Positions 53,649-62,595 of a DNA stretch of 64,000 nt are shown here, piece after piece. The stretch lies in assembly GCA_040397425.1 (NCBI GenBank), contig JBBAWA010000001.1, forward strand, positions 12,696 to 76,695, written 5' to 3'. The notes beneath the pieces were generated by a model. The model did not search any database, had not been told where the DNA came from, and saw only the letters and a list, made by a program, of their open reading frames with translations. Each line of letters opens with the position of its first letter. Position 1 is the stretch's first letter. Source of the DNA: Candidatus Methylacidiphilales bacterium (GTDB lineage Bacteria > Verrucomicrobiota > Verrucomicrobiia > Methylacidiphilales > Verrucolacustridaceae). The position numbers and the translations under genes were made by a program.

Positions 53649-54404
53649 CTACCCCCTGTCCATTGTCAACGTGAAAGGCTGGCCGCCAGGGTAGTGTTCC
53701 CCAAAATACTGTACGGTACGCTGCCGTACAAGGCCGCCTAGGGCTATTAGCTCCCCTCCATCGGCTTCAATGATCTGCCGTGAAGGCTTGCTGTTGGGAT
53801 CTTCTGGGTCATAAACGGCAATCACGCATAATGCGCGATCAATCTCAATGCCATACATTTGCTCAATCGCTTGCGCATAGCCGCCAAGTTGTTGACGATA
53901 ATCAGCCAGTTGATAATCCGGCTTTTCCTTGTAGGAAGTTTTCCAGTCAATCAGCACATATTGTCCGCGAATAATGGCAAGCTGGTCAAACGTGCCAGTG
54001 TAACCAAAGCCAGGGTCAAAGCCATAAGCAATAGCACTTTCAGCCAGTACGCATTGGTCAATGGTCAAGAGAAAGTCATAAATGGCATCGAAGTATGGGC
54101 GATACTTGGGACTTAATTCAAGTGCCGTTTCAATGTCTTGTTCATCAAAGAAGTCTTCAATGACTTTGTGCATCCAAGTGCCGCGATCAGCAGCCATTTT
54201 GGTGCGACGATTTGCCTCTTCCGCTCCTACTCGTTTGCGCCAATTCATCAGCGCCATGATCTTGCCCACTGGAGCAGTGGCAGACAAAACTGTAGTCATG
54301 CTGGGCAACACCCACCCCTCTGGGACTGAAGGCAGGCCAGGCGGCACGATGTAATGCCGCTTGCCATTGATGCTGATTCGATTGGGAGGGAAATGCTGAA
54401 GCAT
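53649..54404 (-). CDS. PD-(D/E)XK exonuclease (RecB/Cas4-like)
   Basis: PSMTTVL, RGTWMH, GTFD, LIDWKTS, QLGGY. Confidence 0.9.
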   Translation of the reverse strand: MLQHFPPNRISINGKRHYIVPPGLPSVPEGWVLPSMTTVLSATAPVGKIMALMNWRKRVGAEEANRRTKMAADRGTWMHKVIEDFFDEQDIETALELSPKYRPYFDAIYDFLLTIDQCVLAESAIAYGFDPGFGYTGTFDQLAIIRGQYVLIDWKTSYKEKPDYQLADYRQQLGGYAQAIEQMYGIEIDRALCVIAVYDPEDPNSKPSRQIIEADGGELIALGGLVRQRTVQYFGEHYPGGQPFTLTMDRG

Positions 54405-54406
54405 GG

Positions 54407-54910
54407 TCAAGACGGAAGCAAGTAAGCATAGCGGGCATCACCAGGCCAGTGCGTCCATTGACCATGGAATTGGTCCACTACTGCCTTTACGAAAGATTTG
54501 AGCACATCAGCACTGCCACTGAGATCTTGCTTGGGCACTTCCCATTGAATGCCAAGCCAATATCCTCGGCGCCTAAATCTTGATGAGGACTCCTGTTCTT
54601 GATAAAGCCAGTGCAATTCTTCGGGATCAACAATCACTAAGTCTCCCTTTGCAAGGGCGTATTCCTTTGGATATGCAGTGGCATCTGAGAGTACATGGTG
54701 ATAGCTTTGGGCTACAAGTGTAACAAACCAAAAACGTTGGTAAGCATCATCGCAGTGCGGGACTGCTTGGTAGCATCCGACCAGCTTCGCCTCTATGTTG
54801 TTCACAGTAAAATTGCCTGGCAGTAAGCCAGTCTCAATCTCCCATTTGTCCTGATGGAGGCGCCACGCTTCCTCTATTCGTGGTACTTTGCAATGGTTGG
54901 CAATTAGCAT
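54407..54910 (-). CDS. Putative 2OG-Fe(II)/cupin-like protein
   Basis: PHCD (HxD), L.KGD.VI.D....H.L. Confidence 0.5.
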   Translation of the reverse strand: MLIANHCKVPRIEEAWRLHQDKWEIETGLLPGNFTVNNIEAKLVGCYQAVPHCDDAYQRFWFVTLVAQSYHHVLSDATAYPKEYALAKGDLVIVDPEELHWLYQEQESSSRFRRRGYWLGIQWEVPKQDLSGSADVLKSFVKAVVDQFHGQWTHWPGDARYAYLLPS

Positions 54911-54971
54911 TGTTCCTCGGGGATGATGATGGTTCCGGCAAAGGCCCGCGCAAGGCGGGCCGCTGCCACAA

Positions 54972-55838
54972 TTACTTTTTTTCCTCTACGAATTTGGCAA
55001 TAAAAGCAATCGCCTCTTGTGCGCCATTCTCTGCTTCAGCTTGCATTGCTTCCATTTGCTTGGTCATCGCAGCCTTTGTAATTTTGATGCCATTGTCCTT
55101 GACCCAGGTTGCCATCATTGTTTGACACAAAAGGCCAAACTGTTGGGGCGTTTTAAGGTCTACGGAAGTCTTCAGGCCCATTGTTTCCAATGCGCCCTTA
55201 GCCAAGACAATCACCGCTTGACGATCCATTCCAAAAATGCCAGCATTGGCAAGCGCAAGCGCTGCCGCACGGCCATCGAAAGGCGCACTGTCAGGCTGCT
55301 CACTGGTCTCGGCTGATCTTACGGACGCCGAAGCAGTAGAAGACTCTGGAGTGGAGGATGCCTGAGTGGAATCATCGCAGGGAATGTCTTCCCCTGAATA
55401 GAGCTTCAAGCCCAAGCCGGTGAACGTGGCGATTGTTTTTACTGTGGCACGCTGCACGTTGTCACTGATAGCCCTAGCATCCAAAGCCTGAATGGAGTTA
55501 TGCTTGTTGTCCATGATTGGAAACACAAGCGCCGTTGTGCGCTTCACTCCATCGGTGATAAAAGGCCGAAGGATATAGGCGCCAGGCTCTCCAAATACGG
55601 GCCAGCCATTTTTACTTTCCTCAAACTGAACATACAGTCCAGGAAAATGCTCGTAGAAGTAGCGGAATGCAAAAGGCCACGACAGGTAGGAAAGGCCCTT
55701 GTAGTTCTTTTCGACATGCTCACCAATAGGAAGCTCGTATGCAGCCTTAAACTTCTCGTAACTAATTTCCAAAGGCGCAAACAATCCCAGAGCACGATCA
55801 GTCAAAGTGGCCAGAGCGGCATTTTGTTCGTCAGTCAT
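54972..55838 (-). CDS. Sak/DUF1071 single-strand annealing recombinase
   Basis: KGLSYLSW..A, PIMD.K, QRA.VK.IA...GLGL.LY.GEDIP. Confidence 0.88.
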   Translation of the reverse strand: MTDEQNAALATLTDRALGLFAPLEISYEKFKAAYELPIGEHVEKNYKGLSYLSWPFAFRYFYEHFPGLYVQFEESKNGWPVFGEPGAYILRPFITDGVKRTTALVFPIMDNKHNSIQALDARAISDNVQRATVKTIATFTGLGLKLYSGEDIPCDDSTQASSTPESSTASASVRSAETSEQPDSAPFDGRAAALALANAGIFGMDRQAVIVLAKGALETMGLKTSVDLKTPQQFGLLCQTMMATWVKDNGIKITKAAMTKQMEAMQAEAENGAQEAIAFIAKFVEEKK

Positions 55839-56013
55839 GATTCCAGTTTTCATTGCAAAGGACAAGCCCTTCGTGGGCGGGAGTGGAGCGTAAAAGTCGC
55901 TCCAGGGTTTCGCTGCGGCTTAGGTCGGCACTAGCCGCCAGTGCGCATAGATGGGACAGGGCTGTGGGGGTTAAGGCAAAATGGATTTTGCGCTTAGGTT
56001 GGTCGTAAAGCAT
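55831..56013 (-). CDS. Ribbon-helix-helix (CopG-like) regulator
   Basis: KRKIHFALT..A...L..LA....LSRSE.LERLLR. Confidence 0.75.
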   Translation of the reverse strand: MLYDQPKRKIHFALTPTALSHLCALAASADLSRSETLERLLRSTPAHEGLVLCNENWNHD

Positions 56014-56165
56014 CAGCAGAACATCGGCAGGGGGGGGGATGGAGCCACCCCACAATAGGGCAACTGGCCCCACCTTTCCCGTTTTCGGCCATAAGGCTTG
56101 CTTATGAGCCGAGGATGACCAAGGCTGGCGCGAGGTGCGACAATGGCAAAGCGCATTCCATTGCC

Positions 56166-58160
56166 ATGTCATTTTCAATCCTAGACCACTTGGACGCGCT
56201 GACTCCTGCCAAGGAAAGCGGCAAGTACATTTGCCCGGCCTGTCAAGGCAGCAATCTTTCCATCAATAAAACCACAGGCGCATACACTTGCTTCCAAGAC
56301 CCCTCACCTAGTCACCGCGCAGAAATTCGCAATATCCTAGCTCCCATGGAACGATGGGAAAAGCCACGACGGCAATCAGGCTTTCACCAATTCCCTTACA
56401 AAAATAGGGCGGGCGAAACGATTGTTGTTGTTAACAGGAAGGACGATGGAGTGAGCGATAGCAAGCGGATTTGGCAGGATTTTCCCACCATTGATTCCAA
56501 TTCTCCATCGGCGCCACTGCAGCGACAAGAAGTGAAAGTGGCCATCCTCCCCTATCGCTACCAAGAAGCCGTTAAGACTAGCGATGAAACCGGGCTGCCA
56601 ATCTTTGTGGTGGAAGGCGAACTAAAAGCCAATGCAATATGGGGACTAGGACTGCCAGCCGTTAGCTTTCTTGGTGGCAGCAAGCAATATCGCAGCAATG
56701 GCGACTATTCAACAATTTTCCGCGACCATCGCCTAGTTCTCTGTCCTGATCGTGATGAACCGGGAGTGGCCTTCATGCGAGAAGTTGGGGCCGACAATCC
56801 CGGCGTACAATGGCTTTACGTTGATGGCGATTCCTGGGAATGGGACAACCTTCCTGCCAAGAATGGTTATGACATTGGCGATTGGATTGAGACTGAAGGC
56901 GCAACAAAAGACGACCTACTTTCCGCCATTGTCTCCAAAGGGCGCCACCAAAACGCTGATGGAAAGCCAGGTTATGACGAAATTATCTCCGCCATCGAAG
57001 ACTTTGTTGGCCTGTTCGGCAATAATGATGCTCGCATTTACTACGAAACTGCATCTTGGCTGGAACGCAAAACCATCAAGATGCCTCAGCAAAACATTGA
57101 CAAGCTCGTAGAAGAAGCCAAAACGCGAGTCCATGGTCGTGAAAACATTGAAACCATTGATGCCTTGACCATTGCCAATAACGATCAGTGCAGGGAATGG
57201 CTTATTGCTGGGATTGTGCCGCAGGGGACAGTAATGCTTTTGGCCGCTCAAGGAGGTTGCGGTAAAAGCAGTTTGCTTTACAACTGGGCCTTATGTATTG
57301 CACTAGGAAAACCATGGAGCAATAGACGATGCGCAAAAGGCAAAGTTTTGATTATCCAAAGTGATGAACCATTGGTAGACACTACAGAAAAACTTGCCGT
57401 GATTGGCTATGGCGATGCTGGGTTAGAGCCTGGCATGATTGGCTTTTGGGAAAACTGGCGCTTTGCTCACATCAAGCAACTGGAGGAGTTTATCCGCAAG
57501 AATCGTCCTAGTTTTGTAGTCATTGATAGCTTGACTTCCTGCCTGTCCGGCATGAACATTGACCTAACCAAAAGCTCTAGCGGAGACGTGATTTACGGCC
57601 TTCGTGATTTGGCCAATCAGTATCAATGCAGTATTGTTATCCTCCACCACTTGAATAAAAGCGGAGGGTTGCGCGATAGCAGCGCTTTCGTTGATAACGT
57701 GAGCGAGGTGATTAAGTTTAATCGGATGGAAGGTGGGTATGACAATAACCAATTTACGATTGAATGGCTCAAGAGCCGCGCAGGACTAAGTGGTAAGCAT
57801 ATCCTAATTCGGGAGCCAATGAATTACGGTTGGCGCTATGGAGGGCCACTGGGAGGCAGCCTAGATGAACTAGAGGCAGTGGTCACGGCGTTGAGTACGA
57901 GGCGCAATGAAAGGCTGTCCTGCAGGCAAGTTGCGGCCATTATTGGCTCCTGGGACGTTGGTGGCACTCGCAAAATGCTGGAAGTTGCCAGGCGGCAGGG
58001 ACTAATCACTAGCTCATGGCAAACAGGCCCCAATGGAGAAAGGGATAGGCTGTATCAAGACTGGAACTATTCGCCTGCCATCGACATTCCCGTCACAGAT
58101 GCCAGCATAGAGCCACAACCCAATGACCCTGAGGCCGACGATGACGACGATTTCTTCTAA
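56166..58160 (+). CDS. Primase-helicase (Zn finger, TOPRIM, AAA_25/RepA-like helicase)
   Basis: CPAC, VVEGE, PDRD.PG, GYDIGDW, Walker A GGCGKS, VVIDS, LHHLNK. Confidence 0.92.
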   Translation: MSFSILDHLDALTPAKESGKYICPACQGSNLSINKTTGAYTCFQDPSPSHRAEIRNILAPMERWEKPRRQSGFHQFPYKNRAGETIVVVNRKDDGVSDSKRIWQDFPTIDSNSPSAPLQRQEVKVAILPYRYQEAVKTSDETGLPIFVVEGELKANAIWGLGLPAVSFLGGSKQYRSNGDYSTIFRDHRLVLCPDRDEPGVAFMREVGADNPGVQWLYVDGDSWEWDNLPAKNGYDIGDWIETEGATKDDLLSAIVSKGRHQNADGKPGYDEIISAIEDFVGLFGNNDARIYYETASWLERKTIKMPQQNIDKLVEEAKTRVHGRENIETIDALTIANNDQCREWLIAGIVPQGTVMLLAAQGGCGKSSLLYNWALCIALGKPWSNRRCAKGKVLIIQSDEPLVDTTEKLAVIGYGDAGLEPGMIGFWENWRFAHIKQLEEFIRKNRPSFVVIDSLTSCLSGMNIDLTKSSSGDVIYGLRDLANQYQCSIVILHHLNKSGGLRDSSAFVDNVSEVIKFNRMEGGYDNNQFTIEWLKSRAGLSGKHILIREPMNYGWRYGGPLGGSLDELEAVVTALSTRRNERLSCRQVAAIIGSWDVGGTRKMLEVARRQGLITSSWQTGPNGERDRLYQDWNYSPAIDIPVTDASIEPQPNDPEADDDDDFF

Positions 58161-58172
58161 AGACTAAGCGAT

Positions 58173-58192
58173 GCCCCCTCACGGGGGCTTTA
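58173..58192 (+). terminator. Rho-independent terminator
   Basis: GCCCCC-TCAC-GGGGGC-TTTT. Confidence 0.75.
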
Positions 58193-58224
58193 TTATTGGA
58201 AAGGACTTCATTGGCACGCTAGGC

Positions 58225-58389
58225 ATGGCCATCATTTACGACAACGGCTTTGGCAACAAAAAAGCCGAGGATCAAACCCCGGCCCAAGAGAACAATGGAG
58301 AAAAGCCTAGTTCCAACAATCAGACAGAAAAGGCTGCAGAAGAATTGTACGCTCGACCAGTGAAAGCGGCAGAGACAAAAGCCGAATAA
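58225..58389 (+). CDS. Small hydrophilic hypothetical protein
   Basis: MAIIYDNGFGNKK... 54 aa. Confidence 0.5.
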   Translation: MAIIYDNGFGNKKAEDQTPAQENNGEKPSSNNQTEKAAEELYARPVKAAETKAE

Positions 58390-58428
58390 GGCACCAGCGT
58401 TTGCGAATAGCGAACGCCTCGGAAGGTT

Positions 58429-59013
58429 TCATGGTTTCCTCGCTGAAGCAGGAATGATGCGGCACTCGGCCACGTACGTAGTGCCGTATCTGCTGCCAAC
58501 CTTGGCTCGCTGATCCAGGGCAGCCTGCAAGGTACTGCTGGCCAGGATTGGGGTCTCAAAGACGAACGGTTCCACATCATTGCTATCATCGCCTTCGCAC
58601 ACCAGCACGTAGAACGCCTCTGCGCCAGCAAGGATCGCTGGGGGGATCGGGCTAGGCTTTGGTTCGCTGATCAGTTCAGCAAGGCGAGCTGAAGGAAGTG
58701 TGCCAAGGGCTTCACCACCGCTGCCGTAGTACCAATAATCACCAATCAGCCAAGCACTATCCGAGTCGCCACGTTTGACGACTCGCTCCTTGCCATCTTC
58801 ACAGCGCCAGACCTGGCCTATGCAGATGTCGGGGAACCGCCAGCCAGGGCAGTGCCTCCAGGGGGTGCCCAGTCCGACGTTGGCACGGTGCATGTATAAG
58901 TGCTTATCAGATTCAGGCCAAGGCTGAACCTTGACAAGGGCGTTGTCATTCGTGTCCACCGGCAACGGTCGGCGGTCTGTGATCCACATGGAGTCTTGGT
59001 TATCAGTTGTCAT
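58429..59013 (-). CDS. Hypothetical protein (WITDR.P domain), paralog 1
   Basis: WITDRRPLPVD, GTPWRH, GQVWRCEDG, RLAELIS. Confidence 0.8.
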   Translation of the reverse strand: MTTDNQDSMWITDRRPLPVDTNDNALVKVQPWPESDKHLYMHRANVGLGTPWRHCPGWRFPDICIGQVWRCEDGKERVVKRGDSDSAWLIGDYWYYGSGGEALGTLPSARLAELISEPKPSPIPPAILAGAEAFYVLVCEGDDSNDVEPFVFETPILASSTLQAALDQRAKVGSRYGTTYVAECRIIPASARKP

Positions 59014-59042
59014 GAGAAATGAAAAGAATAATGGGACAACAA

Positions 59043-59201
59043 TCAGTCATGGGGGATGAAGTAATGGCAGGGTTCGGAGGATGATTGCCGCATGGTAGCG
59101 GCTTGGCTATTTCCATTGGCTCGTTGTTGCCAGCGAGCGCAGTTTTGATGCCATGGACAGGAATGGTCCTGACATCGCGTGTAATCATGAAGCAGAATCA
59201 T
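59043..59201 (-). CDS. Small Cys-rich protein (52 aa; not in ORF track)
   Basis: MILLHDYTRCQDHSCPWHQNCARW...CHYFIPHD. Confidence 0.65.
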   Translation of the reverse strand: MILLHDYTRCQDHSCPWHQNCARWQQRANGNSQAATMRQSSSEPCHYFIPHD

Positions 59202-59240
59202 GTTGTTTTGCCTTAATGATGCGGCTGAAGATTGTGGTAA

Positions 59241-59768
59241 TCAATCATTAGGAAGATCGACGACTCGAACCCATTGAAAGCCAGCGGTTGAGGTCCATGC
59301 CACGCCGTCCGTGTCAATGGCGATAAGGATTTCCTCGCCGTTGCTGACGTAGCCGTTGAGGCTTGCGAAGCGGCGGCGCGGCTGGGGCTCGGGCTCGGGC
59401 TCGGGCTCGGGCTCTTGCTTGGGCTGGCTGATCAGTTCAGCGAGGCGGTAAGAAGGACCGCCAGGCGCTTCACCGACGGAATCGTAGAAGTATTCACCGA
59501 TGAACCAACGATCAGAAAGCACAGAACGCTTCACTGTCCGCAGTTGCCCGTCCTGACACCGCCAGATCTGCCCAAGGCGGATCTCGGGGAAGGTCCAGCC
59601 GGGTAGGTGCCTCCAGGGAGTGCCCTGGGCTACGTAGGCGTAGTGCATATAAACGGAGGTCTCGCATCCAGGGGCAAGTTGAGCTTCGACACTCCCATCC
59701 TCGGATGAGTCCACCGGCAACGGTTGGCGGTCAGTGATCCATGTTGGACGGTCTGTGGATTCGGTCAT
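59241..59768 (-). CDS. Hypothetical protein (WITDR.P domain), paralog 2
   Basis: WITDRQPLPVD, GTPWRH, GQIWRCQDG, RLAELIS, (EP)n linker. Confidence 0.8.
   Translation of the reverse strand: MTESTDRPTWITDRQPLPVDSSEDGSVEAQLAPGCETSVYMHYAYVAQGTPWRHLPGWTFPEIRLGQIWRCQDGQLRTVKRSVLSDRWFIGEYFYDSVGEAPGGPSYRLAELISQPKQEPEPEPEPEPQPRRRFASLNGYVSNGEEILIAIDTDGVAWTSTAGFQWVRVVDLPND
59385..59414. repeat. (GGGCTC)5 tandem repeat encoding a Glu-Pro linker
   Basis: Five perfect 6-bp units. Confidence 0.9.
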
Positions 59769-59852
59769 GGAAAATCTCCGGGGATTACCGGGCGAGGGAA
59801 CTGGGGTTTTGGGAAATGGCGGGCTTGGCAGTTGCGCAAGCGACGCATCCAA

Positions 59853-59881
59853 AAGGTAGCCCCACCGTTCTCCATTGTCAA
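59853..59881 (-). promoter_or_regulatory. Sigma70-type promoter (leftward)
   Basis: Minus strand TTGACA-N17(...TGGGGC)-TACCTT. Confidence 0.6.
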
Positions 59882-60101
59882 GCGCCCTCCAAAACAGTGG
59901 CCCTATTGACACGCGATATATGCTGGGAACGGAACCGAGTGCTGTCCTGTAGGCTCCTTCCGCCTAAGGGCTTCTCGCTTAGGCTCCCTTGGCTGGCCCG
60001 TTTCGGCCATCGCCGTCAGGCGAACGAGCTAAAGGGCCTTATGGGTCTCTGCTAATTCTCTTGACTTCTCCTACGCTGTCTTGTAGATTTTGCTTGCCTC
60101 A

Positions 60102-60350
60102 GTGATTTCCCGTCCTCGCCAGCCCGATCAACTGCCTTCTCTTGTCCACAATGGGCAAGAAATTAGCGTGATTCGCCACTATGGCTTTTCAAGCAACGGA
60201 GCAACTCGGATGCTTTATGCCACTGCCGACAGCAATGGCGAAAGGCACTGGAGGAGGAGTTACGAGGAAATTGTCCACTTCATCAACAAAAGCAATGACA
60301 GCAACACCAATGACCTCGGAGCAGGAAAAGGACTTGGAGTTCCTGATTAA
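60102..60350 (+). CDS. Hypothetical protein
   Basis: Clean ORF overlapping the next gene. Confidence 0.65.
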   Translation: MISRPRQPDQLPSLVHNGQEISVIRHYGFSSNGATRMLYATADSNGERHWRRSYEEIVHFINKSNDSNTNDLGAGKGLGVPD

Positions 60351-60639
60351 GGAACTGAATGACATTAAGCTCAGGCAAAAAGCCCTAGAAGAACGTGAGG
60401 TGCTTTGTAAGGCTGACATTCTTGATACACTACAAGCCCTTGGTGAAACCAAGTTCGCATCCTCTTATGGTTCCGTGACGCTGCAATCCAGGAGCAATCG
60501 GCTGTACGGGGCGGATGTGACGGAGGCCGAGGCCGCCTACAAGCGGCTGAAGGGCTTGGCTGATGACATGGGCGATTATGAGCAAAAGCCTGGTAAAACC
60601 AGCGTAGTGTTTCGCCCCCTTAGCGAAGATGCAATCTAA
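60310..60639 (+). CDS. Coiled-coil hypothetical protein
   Basis: N-terminal heptads then ETKF.SSYGSVTL. Confidence 0.7.
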   Translation: MTSEQEKDLEFLIKELNDIKLRQKALEEREVLCKADILDTLQALGETKFASSYGSVTLQSRSNRLYGADVTEAEAAYKRLKGLADDMGDYEQKPGKTSVVFRPLSEDAI

Positions 60640-60694
60640 GGCTGATGCAAGGCTGCCTGCTATCATGGTGCCAAATTGCTGAATAGCGTCAGTC

Positions 60695-61426
60695 ATGCAG
60701 CGTCGTCAATACGATCCCGGAGACCCAACACTGGAAGAAGCCGTTGATGTGCTTAAGCAAAACGGCTTTACAGACAATGAGATTCAGGAAATCCGGGATC
60801 TTCCTCACCGTAGCAGTCGCCTCAATTATGGTCCGCTCAACATACACAAGCGGCGGCTAATGGTTAATCAGCTTGTCGCTGCATCATTCAGCAATGAACA
60901 GATTAGCAAGATTCTGGTAATGAGCAAAGAAACTGTCAATTCTGACAGGGAATATGCACGAAAGCTCTATACGCAAAATATCCTACAAACTGCTGACCTT
61001 CATCGGGCTCGATTGCTACAAGAAAGCATTGACCTTAAGAATCAGGCACTAGCGGCTTTTCACGAAAGTAAGAAAAAGATTAAGACCACTACTAAGCGGA
61101 GCGGCGCCGAAGGAGGCGAAGACGAAGAGGTGATAGTGACGGTAGAGGAGAGTGCTGGTGATGTTGGATTCCTTAACGTAGCCAAAAACCTTATTGCTGA
61201 GCAGGCTAAAATTGTTGGTCTTAACAACTTGCCCGCAGCAGCAAAGGAGGAGAAAACTTACCAAGACTTCCTTAAAGACCTTTCTGCCACTTTGGCCAAG
61301 GCTGACGCTGATGCGGACGAGCAAAAGGCTAAAGAGCTTGCCATTGAAATCCAGTTCGCAGAGGCTGAAAACATTGGCCCTGAAGGCACTCAACTGTTGC
61401 CCAGTGCTATTGACGAAAAGCTCTAA
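60695..61426 (+). CDS. HTH protein, putative terminase small subunit
   Basis: RR..V..L.....S..QI...L..S..TV..D, then helices, GD..FL...K......K..GL. Confidence 0.6.
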   Translation: MQRRQYDPGDPTLEEAVDVLKQNGFTDNEIQEIRDLPHRSSRLNYGPLNIHKRRLMVNQLVAASFSNEQISKILVMSKETVNSDREYARKLYTQNILQTADLHRARLLQESIDLKNQALAAFHESKKKIKTTTKRSGAEGGEDEEVIVTVEESAGDVGFLNVAKNLIAEQAKIVGLNNLPAAAKEEKTYQDFLKDLSATLAKADADADEQKAKELAIEIQFAEAENIGPEGTQLLPSAIDEKL

Positions 61427-61453
61427 AGGGAATACGATGGTTGGGTGCCACTG

Positions 61454-61864
61454 ATGATAATGGATCATTCTGCCCCCTCCATTGCTTCCTATTTTCCCGC
61501 TGAATACAACGAACGGCAGCATACAGTGGTGATTCCGCGAGCATTGCATAGTGATGCCAGGGAAATTAGCCAAGAGAATCCATTGCCACACCAGGTATGG
61601 GGAAAGCTCTGTACCCGAGGAGAGCAACTGGTGGTGGTAACAACTGACTTGTCTGACGTTGAGGAATTGGCTGATTTTGCGCTTGTTGAGTTACATGAGC
61701 CGAGGAGGCAACCAAACAAATTACGGAAAGATGGATGTAAGGCCCTTTTGGACCGTTGCCATCGTGTTGCGGAATTGGAAGTGATTGGCTCTATTCATGT
61801 GCTGGCAAAGGCTTGGAGGCCATCCCCCTTGGTCGGAGCCAAATTTGCCTATAAGGACGCCTAA
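61454..61864 (+). CDS. Hypothetical protein
   Basis: Clean ORF between TerS-like gene and promoter. Confidence 0.65.
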   Translation: MIMDHSAPSIASYFPAEYNERQHTVVIPRALHSDAREISQENPLPHQVWGKLCTRGEQLVVVTTDLSDVEELADFALVELHEPRRQPNKLRKDGCKALLDRCHRVAELEVIGSIHVLAKAWRPSPLVGAKFAYKDA

Positions 61865-61886
61865 TAGCTCCGCCCGCTGAATCCAG

Positions 61887-61915
61887 TTGACACCTGGACA
61901 AAATGGGGCCACAAT
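61887..61915 (+). promoter_or_regulatory. Sigma70-type promoter for the accessory gene array
   Basis: TTGACA-N17(...TGGGGC)-CACAAT. Confidence 0.7.
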
Positions 61916-61953
61916 GGGCTCAGGGCAAAAGCCCGGTCCCTTGCACTCTCCCC

Positions 61954-62544
61954 ATGCTCTTCGCAGGCACTCGCAACGCCGACATCTTCATCGGCACCTC
62001 TGAGTGTGACCAGTTCTACATCAACAACACCGGCGACGCGATCACCGGCGGCGGCGCTGGTGATAGCGTTGTCAGTTCTATCGACTATGTGCTGAACGAG
62101 AACATCACCTACTTGCTGCTCACTGGCCGGGCCATCAGCGGCACCGGCAACAACACTGAAAACAATGTCATCGGCAACCGTCAGGATAACATCCTGAACG
62201 GCGGCCTGGGCATCGACCGCCTGCAGGGTGGCACCGGTCGGGACACGTTTGTTTTCGACGCTGCGGGCCGCGTCAATGCTGATTATGTCATGGACTTTGC
62301 CTCTGGCACTGACACCCTGGCCATCAGCGGCGCTGCGTTCGGCGTTGCCGGCGCCTCGTTCGATTACGTCGAGGACTGGAACGCCCTAGGCTCTGGCCCC
62401 GCCTTCATCCGCGAGGACATTGAGGGACTGGCTCCCACCATCTGGTTCGACGCCGACGGGACCGGCGGTGCTGATGCACAGATCCTCTGCACCCTGCAGT
62501 GGCTGCGGAACTCCACCACCGCCGCCGACTTTGCGATCATTTGA
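61954..62544 (+). CDS. RTX-like (haemolysin-type) Ca-binding repeat protein
   Basis: GGAGD.V.SS..Y.L..N...L.LTG.AI.GTGN...N...GN..DN.LNGGLGID.LQGG.G.DTFVF, DF.SG.D, WFDADG.G. Confidence 0.88.
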   Translation: MLFAGTRNADIFIGTSECDQFYINNTGDAITGGGAGDSVVSSIDYVLNENITYLLLTGRAISGTGNNTENNVIGNRQDNILNGGLGIDRLQGGTGRDTFVFDAAGRVNADYVMDFASGTDTLAISGAAFGVAGASFDYVEDWNALGSGPAFIREDIEGLAPTIWFDADGTGGADAQILCTLQWLRNSTTAADFAII

Positions 62545-62551
62545 GGTCGCA

Positions 62552-62583
62552 GGCCCGCCCGGAGCCTATCCGGGCATTCCATT
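62552..62583 (+). repeat. Intergenic hairpin repeat, copy 1
   Basis: GGCCCGCCCGGAGCCTATCCGGGCATTCCATT. Confidence 0.95.
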
Positions 62584-62595
62584 GCATCTCCGAAA

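Noticed and set aside
53649-54404. Cas4 / CRISPR adaptation gene
   Set aside because: Lacks the four-Cys Fe-S cluster motif; sits with Sak and an SSB-like gene as a recombination exonuclease.
59003-59188. 61-aa ORF from the track
   Set aside because: The overlapping frame 59043-59201 gives a more typical Cys-patterned small phage protein.
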